From: Rubripirellula sp.
GTDB taxonomy: Bacteria > Planctomycetota > Planctomycetia > Pirellulales > Pirellulaceae
Reading direction: 5' to 3'
DNA: 64,000 nucleotides
Assembly: GCA_965216875.1 (NCBI GenBank)
Contig: OZ244207.1
Location: forward strand, 3,552,001 to 3,616,000
Shown: positions 15,946 to 26,696 of the stretch, piece after piece
Layout of the letters: every line of letters starts with the position of its first letter
Numbering within the stretch: the stretch's first letter is position 1
Notes under the pieces: generated by a model
Database searches by the model: none
What the model saw: only the letters and a program-made list of their open reading frames with translations
Told to the model about the DNA's origin: nothing
Translations under genes and position numbers: made by a program

Positions 15946-18900
15946 TCAAACCTGTTGAAGCTTCTTGGCCTTGCGTTCCATCATCTGCTCGAGCGTCTCG
16001 CTCTTGCCCTTCATTCCCTGCATGATGGTCAGCGGGTCAATCGCTTGCCATGCGGGCAGCTGGGCAAGCACGCCCGAAAGCACAAATCCGCTTCGGATCG
16101 CCCAGGCAACGTACCCAATCGTCACACTCGATGCCGCGGCGCCAGCAAGCCCGACCGCGATGATGTCTTGTTGAATGTGCGACTCAACTTTTGCTCGTTG
16201 TAGGTCCATGCCGTCCCACATTGCCCCAGACTGACTCATCAATTCGAAGTCGAGCTGCTGAAGCGCCGTCATCGCGACCTGCTCCTGAAGCGTAAGCTCA
16301 CTTTGAATGGAACGCGAGCCACCACCCGATTCGGTCGTGAGCGTGGTACGCCATTGATCAGCGATGTCAAAGTCGAAGCTCGTCGAGACCAAGAAGACAT
16401 CTTCGCCAGCCTTCGTCGGCAACAACACGAACAGCTCGTCATCGTCGTCATCGTTGGGAGAGCCAACCGCCCCCGAGCCACCGCTGCTCGAATCGGAACT
16501 GCCACCTGAACCGCTGTCGCTATCGGAATCCGAATCCGAATCGTCATCTGAATCGGAGTCATCATCGGAATCACCGTCGCCGTCGCCGTCGCCGTCATCA
16601 TCGGGATCGGGATCAGGGTCCGGGTCGGGATCAACATCGGGGTCGGGTGTCACAAAGATGGCCGGCTGGACGTCGATCGTGATCGTTCCCGTTCCACTGG
16701 GAACTGTCCCATCAAACGCATTCCACTGGAATGAGTCAGTCCCGACAAAGCCGTCATCAGGCGTGTAGGTAAAGGAACCGTTGCCATTGAGCGTCAACAC
16801 GCCGTTGGCTGTCGTCAGGACCAAACCAGCTGTCAACACATCGCCGTCGACATCCGACGCGAGTGAATTGAACAGGCCGGTGTTGACCGTCAGCGTGTTT
16901 CCGGTGACGACGGTCACCGTCGAGTTGGCAAGGGTCGGAGTGTCATTGGTACCGGTGATGGACGCGCCGAGTGCCCGCATCGCGCCACCGAAGGGACTCG
17001 ATGCGGTCGGTGTCGACGTATCGACCATCTGGCGAACTTGGGCACCCGCCGTAGTCGAGAATGCGCCGGCGTAGGAATCGTCCAGCCCACGCATCGCCAA
17101 TCCGTTCGGAGTGCCTGCAAAATCGGCGACGGGAACGAATCGCACAAGCGAAGCTGCGGCGATCGCAAGCCCATTGCCGCTGTCGTTGACCGAACCGATG
17201 TTGAACCAGTTCGTCCCGCCGTTGCTACTGTATTGCCAAACCCCTTGGCTTGATGCGTTTGCCGTGTTGCCAACCACCACCACTCCGGCAAACGACGCTC
17301 CGGCATCAGGATCCACAAACGAGCCGCCGAAGAGGGCTGCGATGGTGTTGCCGGCTGGATTGAAGTCATCTTCAACGGTGGGTGCTAAACCGGCGTTTCC
17401 AATCGTGGGGGCATCATTGATCGACGCCGCGTCCACCGACGTCCCCGAATTGATCGCCGCGCCACCGTCATCAACGGTGATCGTAAAGGTCGTCAGGACC
17501 GAACCGCCGACCCCCACCTGATTTTCGGTCGGCTCAAAGTTCAGCAGACGGATCGCCGTCTGAGCCGCCGCTGGCGTCGTCGATGCCAACGTGTATTCGC
17601 CGAATCCCGTTTTTGTGAATCCACTTGCAACCAGGGATGCGACGGTGAACCGCCCATTTGCATCACCACTGCTGAGTTGAACCACCACGGAAACATTGTC
17701 GCTCTCGGCGTCATTGATCGTGATCGTCGAAAACGGAGTGATCGTTTGGTTGTCGGCAACCAATTGCCCAGCAACATCTCCGCCAATCGTCGGCGCGGCA
17801 TTGGCCGTCACCGAAGTACTTAAGGTGGTCGTCGGATTACTGAACGCAGCTTGGCCAGTCGGCGTCGAAGTGTCGACCGTTTGCCGCGTCTGAGCACCTG
17901 CTGCGACGGAGAATGCGCCCCCATAGCTGTCGTCGAGACCGCGAACGACCAGGTTGGTGGGAACGCCATTGAAACCAAGCACGGGAACGAAACGAACGTG
18001 TGACGAAGCCGATACCGCCAGTCCGTTACCAACGTCGTCAACGGCTGCAATGTCGTGCCAGTTCGTACCGCCGTCGGTTGAATACTGCCAGCGTCCCTCG
18101 GTGACCGGGTTGGCCGCGTTGCCCACCACAACAATGCCGCTCAAAGATGATGAGGCATCGCCGTCGCTAAACCCACCACCAAACAGACTCGAAACGGTTG
18201 CCCCCGGTCCGTTCTGATCGTTTTGTGCGATCGCGGCAAGTGTCCCGCCCGTCATCGTCGGCGCGTCGTTGACACTCGTGGCCGTCACGTCAGTCGTTGA
18301 GTCGGCCGTTGGTCCCGTGCCATCGTCGACCGTGATCGTGAACGTCGTGACCACGGTTGATCCCGCAGCCACTTGATTCTCGGTTGGATCAAAAACCAAT
18401 TGGCGAATCGCCGTTTGTGCTGCTGCCGTGGTCGTCGATGCGAGCGTGTATTCACCAACGCCGGTCTTTGTGAAACCACTGGCGACCAACGAAGCAGCCG
18501 TGAATTGGCCGTTGGCGTCTCCGCCCGAAAGGGTCACCACCACCGAAACGTTGTCGGCATCGACATCGCCAATCGTCACACTGGCAAACGGAGTCCCCGT
18601 TGCATCGTCGTCGATCGAAATGTCACCGACGCCACCGATGGTCGCCAAGTCGTTTTGGGCGTTGACCGTAGTGGTAATCGTTGCCGTTGGATTACTGAAC
18701 GAAGCGGTCGCTGTCGGCGTCGACGTGTCGAGCATTTGACGCGTTTCTGCACCAGCCGTTGTCGAGAAGGCGCCACCGTAAGTATCGTCTAATCCTCGAA
18801 CGACCAAGTTCGTCGGAGCGCCGTTGAAGTCGCCCACAGGAACAAAGCGAATCATCGAACCAGCTGCGATCACCAAGCCATTGCCAGTGTCGTTGACTGT

Positions 18901-21900
18901 GCCAATGTCAAACCAATTCGCACCACCGTTACTGGAGTATTGCCAGGCGCCTTCGGTCGTCGGATTGGCAGCATTGCCAACCACGGCGATACCCGCGAAG
19001 CTCGACGAGGCATCAGCATCACTGAACGCCGCGCCAAGCAAGTTGGTGACGGTGTCGCCGGCAGGGTTGGTGTTGTCTTCATTGATCGCCGCAAGAGTCC
19101 CGCCTGTCATCGTCGGTGCGTCGTTGACACTCGTGGCCGTCACGTCGGTCGTTGAGTCGGCTGTTTGTCCCGTGCCGTCATCAACCGTAATCGTGAACGT
19201 TGTGACTACGGTTGATCCCGCAGCCACTTGATTCTCGGTTGGATCAAAAACCAGTTGTCGAATCGCAGTTTGAGCTGCTGCCGTGGTCGTCGATGCAAGG
19301 GTGTATTCACCGACGCCCGTCTGAGTGAAGCCACTAGCGACTAGCGAAGCAGCCGTGAATTGCCCGTTGGCGTCGCCTCCAGAAAGCGTTACGACCACCG
19401 AAACGTTATCGGCATCGACATCGCCAATCGTAACACTGGCAAACGGAGTCCCCGTCGCGTCATCGTCAATCGAAATGTCACCGACGCCGCCGATGGTCGC
19501 CAAGTCATTTTGGGCGTTGACGGTTGTTGTAATCGTCGCCGTTGGATTACTGAACGAAGAGGTCGCCGTTGGAGTCGACGTGTCGAGCATTTGCCGCGTT
19601 TCTGCACCAGCCGTTGTCGAGAAGGCGCCACCGTAAGTATCGTCTAATCCTCGAACGACCAAGTTCGTCGGAGCGCCGTTGAAGTCGCCCACAGGAACAA
19701 AGCGAATCATCGAACCAGCTGCGATCACCAAGCCATTGCCAGTGTCGTTGACTGTGCCAATGTCAAACCAATTCGCACCACCGTTACTGGAGTATTGCCA
19801 GGCGCCTTCGGTCGTCGGATTGGCAGCATTGCCAACCACGGCGATACCCGCGAAGCTCGACGAGGCATCAGCATCACTGAACGCCGCGCCAAGCAAGTTG
19901 GTGACGGTGTCGCCGGCAGGGTTGGTGTTGTCTTCATTGATCGCCGCAAGAGTCCCGCCTGTCATCGTCGGTGCGTCGTTGACACTCGTGGCCGTCACGT
20001 CGGTCGTTGAGTCGGCTGTTTGTCCCGTGCCGTCATCAACCGTAATCGTGAACGTTGTGACTACGGTTGATCCCGCAGCCACTTGATTCTCGGTTGGATC
20101 AAAAACCAGTTGTCGAATCGCAGTTTGAGCTGCTGCCGTGGTCGTCGATGCAAGGGTGTATTCACCGACGCCCGTCTGAGTGAAGCCACTAGCGACTAGC
20201 GAAGCAGCCGTGAATTGCCCGTTGGCGTCTCCGCCCGAAAGGGTCACCACCACCGAAACGTTATCGGCATCAACGTCGCCAATCGTCACGCTGGCAAACG
20301 GAGTCCCCGTTGCATCATCGTCGATCGAAATGTCACCGACGCCGCCGATTGTGGGCAACGTGTTTCCTGCCGCGTTGACGGTGGTCGACAGCGTATTGGT
20401 CGCGTTGCCAAACGGCGAAGTCGCAAGTGGAGTGGACGTGTCGACCGTTTGACGAGTTTCTGCGCCGGCTGTGGTGGAAAAGGCGCCGGCAAAGGAATCA
20501 TCGAGGACGCGAATGACGAGTGCTGGCGGGTTTCCGTTGTAACCCGTAACTGGCAGAAATCGAACGAGGGTTGCGGCCGAGATTGACAGACCATTGCCAG
20601 CGTCATCGACCGTACCGATGTCGAACCAGTTCGTGCCACCGTTGCTTGAATATTGCCACGCACCTTCGGTCACGGGATTGGCCGTATTCCCGACGACCAC
20701 CATGCCGCTCAAGCTCGCCGCCGTGTCGCTGTCGGTGAGTGTGCCACTAAAGAGCGAGTCGACGCTCGCCCCTGGCGGATTGGTATCGTCCTGGTTGATG
20801 GCAGCAAGGTTTGCATTGCTGGCCGAGGGTGCATCGTTGACACTCGCAACCGTCACGTCCGTGTTGCTGTTGCCCACGCCACCAGTGCCATCGTCCGCGA
20901 TGATCGTGAACGTGCTAACAACGTTTTGTCCTGATGCGACTTGGTTCTCAGTTGGGTCGAACACAAGCGCACGAATCGAAGCCTGAGCGACCGACGTGGT
21001 ACTTGATCCAAGGTCGTAGACACCGGCGCCTGTTTTCGTGAAACCGCTCGCGATCAGCGAAGCGGCTGTGAATTGCCCGTTCGCGTCACCGCCGCTAATG
21101 ATGACTTGAAGCGTGACGTTTTCGCCGTCAGCCTCGCCGATAGTGACTGTCGAGAACGGGTTTAGCGTCGCATTGTCGTCGATATTCGCATCCGCTGTGT
21201 TATCGATTGCGGCTGGGTCGTTGACAGGCGTGATGGTGGTCGACAGGTTGACTGTCGAATTGCTAAATGAGCTGGTCGCTGTTGGGGTCGATGTGTCAAA
21301 CGTTTGACGGACCTCGGCTCCCGAAGTTGTCGAAAAACTACCGCCATAAGTATCGTCCAAACCTCGAACGACAAGGTCTGCAGGTGCTCCGTTGAAGTCT
21401 TCGACAGACAGAAAACGCAACGACGAACCTGCCGCGATCACGAGGGCGTTGCCGGTGTCGTCGACGCTGCCGATATCCCGCCAACTCGTGCCGCCATCGC
21501 TGGAGTATTGCCAGACACCTTGAGTGGTCGGGTTGGCAGTGTTTCCAACCACGGCGATTCCCAAAAAGCTTGACGTCGCATCGGCATCCGCAAAACCTGC
21601 GCCGAACAGATTGGTCACCGTTTCGCCAAAGGAATTGGTCGTATCCTCGAGTACCGCAGCAAGCACCGCACCGGTCATCGTCGGGGCGTCATTGATACTC
21701 GTGGCCGTAACATCGGTCTGGCTGTCGCCCGTGTTGCTCGTGCCATCGCCAACGGTCAAGGCGAACTTCGTCGCGACGTTGCTTCCCGCGGCAACTTGAT
21801 TTTCGGTTGGATCAAAGACGAGCTGACGAATCGCTGCTTGGGCGGTGGCAGCGTCTGTCGAGGCGAGGCTGTATTGCCCAACTCCGGTCTTCGTAAAGCC

Positions 21901-24900
21901 ACTTGCCACTAAGGAAGCGCTGGTGAACAGACCGTTGTCGTCACCGCCGATCAGGTTGATCACGATCGAGACGTTGTCGCCGTCGGCATCATCGATCGTC
22001 ACCGACGTAAAGGGAGCGACGGTCGCGTTGTCATCAACAGCCGAGTCGCCCGTCCCACCGATTTGCGGCAGATCGTTTTGGGCGGTGATCGATGTCGAGA
22101 GCGTCGTCGTGGCAACGCTAAACGCCCCGCTCGCCGTTGGCGTCGACGTGTCAAGCATCTGACGGGTCTCGGCACCCGCTGTCGTCGAAAAGCTGCCTGC
22201 ATAGGTGTTGTCCAAAGCACGCAGGGTCAAGTCGGTCGACGTTCCATTGAAATTGGCGACGGGCAAAAAACGAACCAAGGTGCTGGCGGACAAAGTCAAC
22301 GCATTGCCGGAATCATTGACCGACCCGATCGCGAACCAGTTCGTCCCGCCATTACTCGAGTACTGCCACGCTCCCTCGGTTGTCGGATTCGCAGTATTTC
22401 CAACCACCGCCACACCGCTCATGCTTGACGTCATGTCGGCGTCAGAAAACCCGCCGCCAAACAAGTTGCTGATCGTGTCGCCGGCGGGATCGGTATCGTC
22501 TTCATTGACCGCCGTCAGATTGCCTGTCGTCACGGTTGGCGCGTCATTCACACTGGTCGCCGTCAAGTCGGTCGAGTTGTCGTTGACCGGACCGCCCCCA
22601 TCATCAACGCTGATCGTAAACGTGGTGAAGACGTTCGAACCGACCGTGACTTGGTTTTCCGTCGGATCAAAGACGAGCTGACGAATGGCGGTTTGAGCCG
22701 AAGCTGCCGTCGTCGAACTGAGCGTGTATTGGCCGAGCCCGGTTTTCGAAAAACCACTCGCAACCAAAGACGCGGCCGAGAATTGGCCGTTGCTGTCACC
22801 ACTGCTGACGGTGACCACGACCGTCACGTTGTCGCCATCGGCATCTGCAATCGTGACCGCGGAAAAGAGCGTTGAGGTTTCGTTGTCATTGATCGCGTCG
22901 TCCGCTGCGCCACCAATCACGGGCGCGTCGTTTTGCGCCGTCACGCTGGTTCCCAAAGTCACCGCAGGGTTGCTAAAAGGCGATGTCGCTGCCGGCGTTC
23001 CCGTATCAAGCGTTTGGCGCACCTCGGCGCCAGCGGTCGTTGAAAAGGAGCCCGCATAGCTGTCGTCTAACCCGCGGACCGAAATCTGTGTCGGTGTGCC
23101 GTTGAAATGTTCGGCCGGTAAAAACCGAATCGACGATGCCGCGGCGATCACCAATCCGCTGCCCGAGTCATTGACCGTCCCAATGTCAAACCAGTTGGTG
23201 CCGCCATTGCTGGTGTATTGCCAAAGCCCCTCGGTTGTCGGATTTGCGGTGTTGGCGACCACCACGACTCCGCTAAGCGAAGAGGACGTATCGGCGTCGC
23301 TGAAGCCACCACCGAACAGACTTGTGATGGTTGCTCCGGGTGGATTGGTCGCGTCTTCCAAGATCGAAGCAAGGTTGTTTGCCGTGATCGTCGGCGCGTC
23401 GTTGACGCTGTTGACCGTAAGATTCAGCGAATCGAATGCCGGTGCCGTTCCGTCGTTGACGGAAACGGTAAAGGTGGTGACGACATTGGATCCGGCTGCG
23501 GCTTGGTTTTCGGTGGGGTCAAACACGAGTTGGCGGATCGCCGATTGTGCTGCCGCTGGCAGCGCCCCGGTCAGGCTGTATTGGCCGGCGCCCACCTTGG
23601 AAAAACCACTCGCACTCAACGACGCCGCAGTGAAGACTCCGTTGGCGTCACCACCGGAAAGGCTGATGTTGACCGTCAGGTTGTCGTTGTTCCCGTCGGT
23701 CAGTGTGGTTGCAGCAAAAGGATTGACCGTCGCGTTGTCGCCGATCGTGTCGTCCGGCATTCCCCCAATGACCGGTGCAACATTTGGCGGCGCGCCGTCG
23801 TGCTCGATTTGCACGTTGTCAATGAAGAGGTAGTCGTTGCCCTGATTAAAACCGCTGGTGTTAAAACGCAAACGCGTGTCGTTGTCGATGTAGGCGGTCA
23901 AGTCAATGTTGCCGCTGCCGGTCATCACACCATCGGCGCCAAGGTTATTCAAAACGCCTGGCCCCACTTCGTTCCAAACGCCGCCCCCGTCGGTCGAAAT
24001 CTCGATCATCGCTGTGTCACCAGCTTCGGTATCGATCCGAGCGAAGTCGAAGGTCAACGTTGCGTACGTAGCACCGGTCAGGTCCACTTCCCGCCAGATC
24101 GTATTGGTGCGTCCGATGAAAAGGCCATCATTGCCCAACGTGTTCCCAACATAAATCGTTCCAACCGTCGGCCCATTTCCCTCCGTATCTTCTTGCCAGT
24201 CGTTCGCCCAGTTCTGCGTTCCGTCGTTGTTGTCAAAGGCCGTTGCATTGAACTCATCGCGAACCGTTTCAATCGGCAGCAGGTTGACCCAATTGGCCTG
24301 GAGCGTCTGAGAAAAAGCGATTTCCGTTTCGATCGAACCAACGGCGAATTCAAGATCCCAGTCGCCACCCAACGTTGCGTGCCCGGTGTCGTCCGAACTG
24401 GCCGCGACATCCGCCCCAGTCAGTGCAGCCAGCGAGTGGGTGAATTGTTGCCCGGATGGAGTCTCCGCGAAGTCGCAACCGTAAATCAGAATGTCGGCAC
24501 TCGCGGTTAGCGCTGATTGCCAACTCGCGATCTGGCCGGCATAGCCATCCAATTGGCCGTCGCCGAGCAACGTGTTGCCGAGCTTGAGCGAGTCGCCAGT
24601 CGAGTGCGAAACGAGATGCAGTGAAGCGATGTCGCTGCGTCCGTCCAAGATCTCGGTGATCTGGTCGACGCCGTCGCGATCCGAATCGAGTACGAAGACT
24701 TCGAGGTTGCGAGTCGACGCATGCAGGTCATCGAGCAGTTGCTCGAGGTCGTTGACCGATCCATCGATGACCACAAGCTCTTTCGGGGCAACTTGCACGA
24801 GTGTAGGGGTTTGCCCTGAGAAGTCGACGTCCGAATCCTCTGGCGGCGCAATCGCCTCGTCAGCAACACCAAGGGCTCCGTCACCGCCAGCCATCATCGC

Positions 24901-25065
24901 CGGGTCGATTGGCGTGGCACTAAAGAGGATGCGTGGCTCGAGTGCGTCGAGTTCAAGCGAATCGGAAGGTCCGGGGGCACTTCGCAAGGCGCGCACCGCG
25001 ATCGTTGTCACGGCATCGGCCGAGATCAAACAGTGTTGCCAGAGATTGTGTGCCCAGTTGCGCAT
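15946..25065 (-). CDS. Giant surface adhesin-like protein: LEPR-XLL motif, DUF4347, 8 two-domain Ig/cadherin-like repeats, Big_9-like domain, acidic linker, conserved hydrophobic C-terminal module
   Basis: LEPRILFSATP; ADILIYGCDFA..LTGADVAASSDDTG..GGDWDLE (DUF4347); 8 copies of F(D/E)PTENQ and NDAP motifs; SDVDGDVL..GSFTYTP; GYVAWAIRSG..LPAWQAIDPL. Confidence 0.92.
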   Translation of the reverse strand: MRNWAHNLWQHCLISADAVTTIAVRALRSAPGPSDSLELDALEPRILFSATPIDPAMMAGGDGALGVADEAIAPPEDSDVDFSGQTPTLVQVAPKELVVIDGSVNDLEQLLDDLHASTRNLEVFVLDSDRDGVDQITEILDGRSDIASLHLVSHSTGDSLKLGNTLLGDGQLDGYAGQIASWQSALTASADILIYGCDFAETPSGQQFTHSLAALTGADVAASSDDTGHATLGGDWDLEFAVGSIETEIAFSQTLQANWVNLLPIETVRDEFNATAFDNNDGTQNWANDWQEDTEGNGPTVGTIYVGNTLGNDGLFIGRTNTIWREVDLTGATYATLTFDFARIDTEAGDTAMIEISTDGGGVWNEVGPGVLNNLGADGVMTGSGNIDLTAYIDNDTRLRFNTSGFNQGNDYLFIDNVQIEHDGAPPNVAPVIGGMPDDTIGDNATVNPFAATTLTDGNNDNLTVNISLSGGDANGVFTAASLSASGFSKVGAGQYSLTGALPAAAQSAIRQLVFDPTENQAAAGSNVVTTFTVSVNDGTAPAFDSLNLTVNSVNDAPTITANNLASILEDATNPPGATITSLFGGGFSDADTSSSLSGVVVVANTANPTTEGLWQYTSNGGTNWFDIGTVNDSGSGLVIAAASSIRFLPAEHFNGTPTQISVRGLDDSYAGSFSTTAGAEVRQTLDTGTPAATSPFSNPAVTLGTSVTAQNDAPVIGGAADDAINDNETSTLFSAVTIADADGDNVTVVVTVSSGDSNGQFSAASLVASGFSKTGLGQYTLSSTTAASAQTAIRQLVFDPTENQVTVGSNVFTTFTISVDDGGGPVNDNSTDLTATSVNDAPTVTTGNLTAVNEDDTDPAGDTISNLFGGGFSDADMTSSMSGVAVVGNTANPTTEGAWQYSSNGGTNWFAIGSVNDSGNALTLSASTLVRFLPVANFNGTSTDLTLRALDNTYAGSFSTTAGAETRQMLDTSTPTASGAFSVATTTLSTSITAQNDLPQIGGTGDSAVDDNATVAPFTSVTIDDADGDNVSIVINLIGGDDNGLFTSASLVASGFTKTGVGQYSLASTDAATAQAAIRQLVFDPTENQVAAGSNVATKFALTVGDGTSNTGDSQTDVTATSINDAPTMTGAVLAAVLEDTTNSFGETVTNLFGAGFADADATSSFLGIAVVGNTANPTTQGVWQYSSDGGTSWRDIGSVDDTGNALVIAAGSSLRFLSVEDFNGAPADLVVRGLDDTYGGSFSTTSGAEVRQTFDTSTPTATSSFSNSTVNLSTTITPVNDPAAIDNTADANIDDNATLNPFSTVTIGEADGENVTLQVIISGGDANGQFTAASLIASGFTKTGAGVYDLGSSTTSVAQASIRALVFDPTENQVASGQNVVSTFTIIADDGTGGVGNSNTDVTVASVNDAPSASNANLAAINQDDTNPPGASVDSLFSGTLTDSDTAASLSGMVVVGNTANPVTEGAWQYSSNGGTNWFDIGTVDDAGNGLSISAATLVRFLPVTGYNGNPPALVIRVLDDSFAGAFSTTAGAETRQTVDTSTPLATSPFGNATNTLSTTVNAAGNTLPTIGGVGDISIDDDATGTPFASVTIGDVDADNVSVVVTLSGGDANGQFTAASLVASGFTQTGVGEYTLASTTTAAAQTAIRQLVFDPTENQVAAGSTVVTTFTITVDDGTGQTADSTTDVTATSVNDAPTMTGGTLAAINEDNTNPAGDTVTNLLGAAFSDADASSSFAGIAVVGNAANPTTEGAWQYSSNGGANWFDIGTVNDTGNGLVIAAGSMIRFVPVGDFNGAPTNLVVRGLDDTYGGAFSTTAGAETRQMLDTSTPTATSSFSNPTATITTTVNAQNDLATIGGVGDISIDDDATGTPFASVTIGDVDADNVSVVVTLSGGDANGQFTAASLVASGFTQTGVGEYTLASTTTAAAQTAIRQLVFDPTENQVAAGSTVVTTFTITVDDGTGQTADSTTDVTATSVNDAPTMTGGTLAAINEDNTNPAGDTVTNLLGAAFSDADASSSFAGIAVVGNAANPTTEGAWQYSSNGGANWFDIGTVNDTGNGLVIAAGSMIRFVPVGDFNGAPTNLVVRGLDDTYGGAFSTTAGAETRQMLDTSTPTATASFSNPTATITTTVNAQNDLATIGGVGDISIDDDATGTPFASVTIGDVDADNVSVVVTLSGGDANGQFTAASLVASGFTKTGVGEYTLASTTTAAAQTAIRQLVFDPTENQVAAGSTVVTTFTITVDDGTGPTADSTTDVTATSVNDAPTMTGGTLAAIAQNDQNGPGATVSSLFGGGFSDGDASSSLSGIVVVGNAANPVTEGRWQYSTDGGTNWHDIAAVDDVGNGLAVSASSHVRFVPVLGFNGVPTNLVVRGLDDSYGGAFSVAAGAQTRQTVDTSTPTGQAAFSNPTTTLSTSVTANAAPTIGGDVAGQLVADNQTITPFSTITINDAESDNVSVVVQLSSGDANGRFTVASLVASGFTKTGFGEYTLASTTPAAAQTAIRLLNFEPTENQVGVGGSVLTTFTITVDDGGAAINSGTSVDAASINDAPTIGNAGLAPTVEDDFNPAGNTIAALFGGSFVDPDAGASFAGVVVVGNTANASSQGVWQYSSNGGTNWFNIGSVNDSGNGLAIAAASLVRFVPVADFAGTPNGLAMRGLDDSYAGAFSTTAGAQVRQMVDTSTPTASSPFGGAMRALGASITGTNDTPTLANSTVTVVTGNTLTVNTGLFNSLASDVDGDVLTAGLVLTTANGVLTLNGNGSFTYTPDDGFVGTDSFQWNAFDGTVPSGTGTITIDVQPAIFVTPDPDVDPDPDPDPDPDDDGDGDGDGDSDDDSDSDDDSDSDSDSDSGSGGSSDSSSGGSGAVGSPNDDDDDELFVLLPTKAGEDVFLVSTSFDFDIADQWRTTLTTESGGGSRSIQSELTLQEQVAMTALQQLDFELMSQSGAMWDGMDLQRAKVESHIQQDIIAVGLAGAAASSVTIGYVAWAIRSGFVLSGVLAQLPAWQAIDPLTIMQGMKGKSETLEQMMERKAKKLQQV
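18740..20229 (-). repeat. Near-identical intragenic tandem duplication, 855-bp period
   Basis: 18740-19374 appears identical to 19595-20229; off-frame ORFs 18824/19679, 18870/19725 and 18940/19795 translate identically. Confidence 0.9.
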
Positions 25066-25275
25066 TGGGGAAATCGCAATAAAAACGGGGACTTTTGCCC
25101 ACCGTTGAAACGTACGACATTCGGGTGGCTCGCGAGGTCACCGGTGGGATGGCAAGAGTGACAAACCGAATCGGTTGTTCCGATCGAATCGATTTCAGCG
25201 ACAACTGCCCATCCACAGGATGGGATCAAAACGATTGAGTAATGCCCATTCCTATGAGACTAGGCTTCGAAAACA

Positions 25276-25380
25276 CTCTCCCTTGGGAGAGTCGGGCTCT
25301 AAGGCCCGGAGAGGGTCTTTTGCAACGGTTCATTCCCTCCCCGGACTTTGCGTCCGACCCTCCCGCAAGCGGGAGGGTGA
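25276..25380. repeat. Pair of inverted CTCTCCC..GGGAGAG-type palindromic repeats (REP-like family H)
   Basis: CTCTCCCTTGGGAGAGTCGGGCTCTAAGGCCCGGAGAGGG and CCCTCCCCGGACTTTGCGTCCGACCCTCCCGCAAGCGGGAGGGTGA. Confidence 0.7.
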
Positions 25381-25440
25381 TTGTTGGAGCGCGCGTTAAC
25401 CTGGGCAAGCACTTCACCGTAACTCCAATCCGTGGCGTCA

Positions 25441-25522
25441 GCCGCCGGTACTGCGACAGTCCGCCGAGTTCATAGAGCCGGGAATTCGAGTACGAGTACC
25501 GCTCTGCTGAGTACGAGCACGA
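25441..25522 (+). repeat. 82-bp direct repeat, copy 1 (contains REP-like family E)
   Basis: Aligns ungapped with 28410-28491 (11 mismatches by eye); core GAGTACGAGTACCGCTCTGCTGAGTACGAGCACGA identical. Confidence 0.85.
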
Positions 25523-25865
25523 GCTCGAGAAAGAACCAATAGGCACGAACCACAAACATGAGCGGCTTCGACGCTCACCGCCAGTACTACGAGCGTCGTG
25601 CCCCGCTCCTTTGCGCATCAACATCGCCACCTCGCGCGACGCGAATCATCCGCATAACCCGAATGCATCCAGTGGCTTTAGCGAGCCCCCTAAGTGGCCA
25701 TTTGTAAACGACCGCTACAACCGTCACCAATGACTATTAAGAAAACCCGATTTTCGCAAAGTGGTTTTGCCAACACTCTTTTTGCGCGCACTCAGGGTTT
25801 TCTCCCATAGAGTTCGTTCTGTCGAGTCAGGCCAGCAGGCCGATTCGCGCGTAACTTTATCCCGG

Positions 25866-25943
25866 ATGATAAAGGCAAACCGCATGTGAGTGCGGGACGC
25901 AAAGCCATGGGTCCGATGAATGTCGGATCGCCAGGTTGCCGCG
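25866..25943 (+). ncRNA. Cyclic di-GMP-I (GEMM) riboswitch
   Basis: AAAGGCAAACCGCAT-GTGA-GTGCGGGACGCAAAGCCATGGGTCCGA..TCGGATCGCCAGGTTGCCG matches the GGCAAACC/GNRA/GGGACGCAAAGC/GGTTGCC consensus; ends ~55 nt upstream of ATG 25999. Confidence 0.9.
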
Positions 25944-25998
25944 TGAGTGAGCTTTCTGACTTCGACACTCGTCCGCTACTCAAATCCGGGAAAGTCTG

Positions 25999-26640
25999 AT
26001 GAAGATCGCTACCGTTGCGCGCATGTCGAATCTGCGTGCTCACTGTGTCCGTGCCGCTGTTCTTTTCGCAACGGTTTCATGTTCGGTTTGCTTCGCGAGC
26101 GAACCTCAAATCTATTTGATCGAAGAAGATTGGGAGTTGACGGTCAACGACCCCGATCCCATTTGTAACTCACCGCAAATCACCTTCTTCACTTCGCCGA
26201 CCGCGTCGGAATCCGATTACTTCCAACTGCAAATCAACTACGCCGCCGATGACGAGTTCTCCAGCGGCGGGTTTCATGTCGCTGCGTTTCGCCACGACGC
26301 GATGGTCGATGAAGCTCGCAGCTATACACGCAAAGTCCTTTCCACCGATGGCGATTTGATTCGTTGGACCAACGTGATGGCGGTCTTTGATCACAAACTT
26401 CACTTCGCCGTTTCCAATGGCGATGGCCAGGAATGGGGAAGCTTTGGCGGACCGGAATACCTGGTCCGTATGCATGCCGAAAACGTTTCGAATCTCTCGC
26501 AGTACCATCCGCAAAAGAGCCTCGATGCCGTTGACATTGGTTTTGGCGCCAACCGCGTCGAATCCTTGGTGCTGGCACGTGTGCGATTGGTCTATACCGA
26601 TGGCAACATCGTCACGATCCCCGTCAACATGAGTCCTTGA
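25999..26640 (+). CDS. Secreted hypothetical beta-sandwich protein
   Basis: Signal-like AAVLFATVSCSVCFA; IEEDWELTVNDPD..PQIT; start could be 25999 or 26023. Confidence 0.75.
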   Translation: MKIATVARMSNLRAHCVRAAVLFATVSCSVCFASEPQIYLIEEDWELTVNDPDPICNSPQITFFTSPTASESDYFQLQINYAADDEFSSGGFHVAAFRHDAMVDEARSYTRKVLSTDGDLIRWTNVMAVFDHKLHFAVSNGDGQEWGSFGGPEYLVRMHAENVSNLSQYHPQKSLDAVDIGFGANRVESLVLARVRLVYTDGNIVTIPVNMSP

Positions 26641-26696
26641 GTCGCCGCGTCTGGCTTCACTCATCGACTTGCGAAACACCCAAGGGAGACTTCGTG

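Noticed and set aside
23218..24510. 430-aa plus-strand ORF and other short ORFs inside the giant gene
   Set aside because: Antisense or off-frame shadows of a GC-rich repetitive CDS
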